From contig JADKGD010000074.1 of NCBI GenBank assembly GCA_016717145.1, positions 39,690 through 103,689 of the forward strand: a DNA stretch of 64,000 bases, written 5' to 3'. A program made the translations under genes and the position numbers. Positions 62,308-64,000 of this stretch are shown piece after piece (the stretch's first letter is position 1; each line of letters begins with the position of its first letter). The notes under the pieces were generated by a model. That model saw only the letters and a list, made by a program, of their open reading frames with translations, did not search any database and had not been told where the DNA came from. This DNA comes from Saprospiraceae bacterium. GTDB lineage: Bacteria; Bacteroidota; Bacteroidia; Chitinophagales; Saprospiraceae.

Positions 62308-63505
62308 ATGTCAATTAAAATTATCGCAATTATTGTATCTATACAATTATTTTTTATTGCAAATAGCTTTAGTCAACAAATCTCTGCAGACCAAATTAAA
62401 ACAAACCTTAAGGCTGCTACTGTATTAATCAGTAATAACAGGCAGAAGATTCCGGCATTTTTTATAGCAGATAAAATTTTGCTTACCTATCCCAAGGCTA
62501 TTTATAATTTTATTGGCACTACCATGGAATTAAATCTAAACAATACTATAATATCTGTAGAATTTACAAATGCAACACCAATAGAAAATGTAAATCATTG
62601 GACATTGATCAGACTTTCGGGTCAAAATATAGCTAGTCTAATATATGAACCGCTCAAATTTGCTGATCAGATTCCAGCTTACCCATCTAAAATTTACAAC
62701 TATATTCCTTTCTCAAGTTTTTTAAGTAATAGTATCATTGATGTACGTGATAGAACTATAGTGACAGAAAATCAATTTTTCAGTGAAGGGAGAGCCGGGA
62801 CACCAGTTGTAAATAATCTAGGCCATGTTTTTGGATTTTTTCAAAATAATAACATACTCGACCCCAATGGTGAACATGGATTTTTAGAATTAACTTCTTT
62901 TATAAAAGTATTTGAAAAATTAGGGGCTAATATTTTTTGGACGCCTATCCAAAATTCTAATTCCGGAACGATAACATCAACAATTCCTATAGCAGTTTTA
63001 AGGGGTCCTAAAGGTGTGAAAATTTTTCTAGCGGGTAAAACATATATCGTGACATTTATTTCCTCAAAACATTTTGTTATCCCTAAATCTTTTTTCCAAA
63101 TTCGGATATTATTAATACAAACTCTTTTATCTTCATAATACAAGTATTACTCCTATCACGATTAAATTTAAAAAGGTATATGAAGATCCATTATCAAACA
63201 TTTGTATAATGAAAGTTTCATTTCCCAGTGATTTTACTTGTGTCAATGTGCCTTTATCTACAGCACCGGTTTCGGTAAACGCGAGAGTATTTAGAGGCGA
63301 TAAGGAAGATTTTGTAAGGGAAACGACAAATGATCAAAATGGAGGCGGATTTTTTTCTATTGGCGGATATCATGCACTAAATGCTTATATTTTTAATAGC
63401 CAAGGTCAATTCGCAGGACTTGTCATGGGTGAAAAGAATGGTAGAGCCATATTGCGAGATGTTTCAACTATATCACAAGCAATATTGAATGCAATGGCTG
63501 ATTAA
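62308..63505 (+). CDS. Secreted trypsin-fold-like protein lacking catalytic residues, with a PEGA-like domain and a C-terminal domain (frameshift plus in-frame stop; possibly a pseudogene)
   Basis: Signal peptide. EGRAGTPVVNNLGHVFGFF aligns to the GxSGxPV..G.v.G serine loop with Ala in place of Ser. ILLTYPKAI sits where TNxHV would be. GPKGVKIFLAGKTYI.../..NILLSLNLFSKFGYY*YKLFYLHNTSITPITIKFKK is a PEGA-like pattern interrupted by a frame change near 63060-63075 and by TAA at 63113-63115. The same frame then continues into ORF 63209-63505. Confidence 0.4.
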
Positions 63506-63581
63506 TAGAAAACATGAATTAAAAAAAAATGCCAAAATTTAGCTTATTCAAAATATTAATTTTTTAATATAACTTTGTACA

Positions 63582-64000
63582 ATGATCAGTGTATTTATTT
63601 ATGACGACAATGAAGCAAGAAGAGATAGTCTTATCGCACTTCTAGAGCTGACAGACACTATGAAGTATGCCGGTAGTGCACTTAATTGTTCAAATGTTGA
63701 AAAAGATATGGAGAACAGCAGGCCAGACGTGGTGCTTATGGACATTGAAATGCCTGAAACAAATGGTATTGAAGGGGTCCGCCGAATTAAAAGTAAATAC
63801 CCGAATATCAAAATCATCATGCAAACGGTCTACGAAGATAGTGACAAAATTTTTGATGCCCTGCGTAATGGTGCAGAAGGTTATATTCTCAAAAAAGCTT
63901 CAATAAATAATATCATTGAAAGCATAAATGAAGTGCACAAAGGCGGGGCATTCATGACGCCAAGCGTAGCCATGCAGGTCATGAATTTTTAAAAAACCTG
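63582..64000 (+). CDS. NarL/FixJ-type response regulator (partial; continues past the window end)
   Basis: Receiver domain (IYDDNE...VVLMDIEMPETNG...GAEGYILKKAS). The stop at 63990-63992 lies in a T/A homopolymer (aatttttaaaaaa) and is probably an indel artefact. The expected LuxR HTH would lie beyond 64000. Confidence 0.8.

Noticed and set aside
1-64000. rRNA genes, tRNA genes and CRISPR arrays anywhere in the window
   Set aside because: I saw no conserved rRNA or tRNA signature strings, and no regularly spaced identical direct repeats in the intergenic regions. This was a visual scan without tools, so small RNAs could have been missed.

Overview
Visibly AT-rich chromosomal segment that looks like Bacteroidota. 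The pointers are several proteins with T9SS (type IX secretion system) C-terminal sorting domains (CTDs), TAnnTTTG -7 promoter boxes, a heme-type TonB receptor, and surE-lpxB synteny. Most of the window is housekeeping: secA, ribD, nth, tcdA, tatD, pckA, surE, lpxB, pnuC, deoD, sppA, ddl and a purM-like gene.

The accessory patches are:
1. Positions 1-2600: two toxin-antitoxin (TA) modules, each bracketed by its own short inverted core sequences inside GC-rich imperfect palindromes. This is integron-cassette-like architecture, with no integrase in the window. An IS256 transposase remnant follows.
2. An envelope glycosylation cluster at 5.7-10.9 kb.
3. Large T9SS-secreted metalloproteases at 16.2-20.1 kb and 57.2-60.3 kb.
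4. Tandemly duplicated beta-barrel paralogs at 41.6-43.3 kb.
5. A minus-strand operon at 43.4-49.5 kb: MbnP-like fragment, di-heme peroxidase, DUF1800, DUF1501 and a discoidin T9SS protein. A gene-fragment mosaic with a GC-rich stretch sits just upstream of the peroxidase.
6. A TetR-TolC-MFP-RND efflux operon.
7. An uncharacterised envelope module at 60.9-63.5 kb: a beta-barrel-like protein and an apparently catalytically dead trypsin-fold/PEGA protein, next to a NarL-type response regulator.

I recognised no rRNA, tRNA or CRISPR array.

Major caveat: many genes, including essential ones, are split by 1-nt indels, mostly in short homopolymers. Consensus sequence error is the most likely cause, so most apparent pseudogenes here should not be read as biology. 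No single finding is a clear-cut new system. The integron-like TA cassettes, the mosaic upstream of the peroxidase and the 60.9-63.5 kb module are the best leads.
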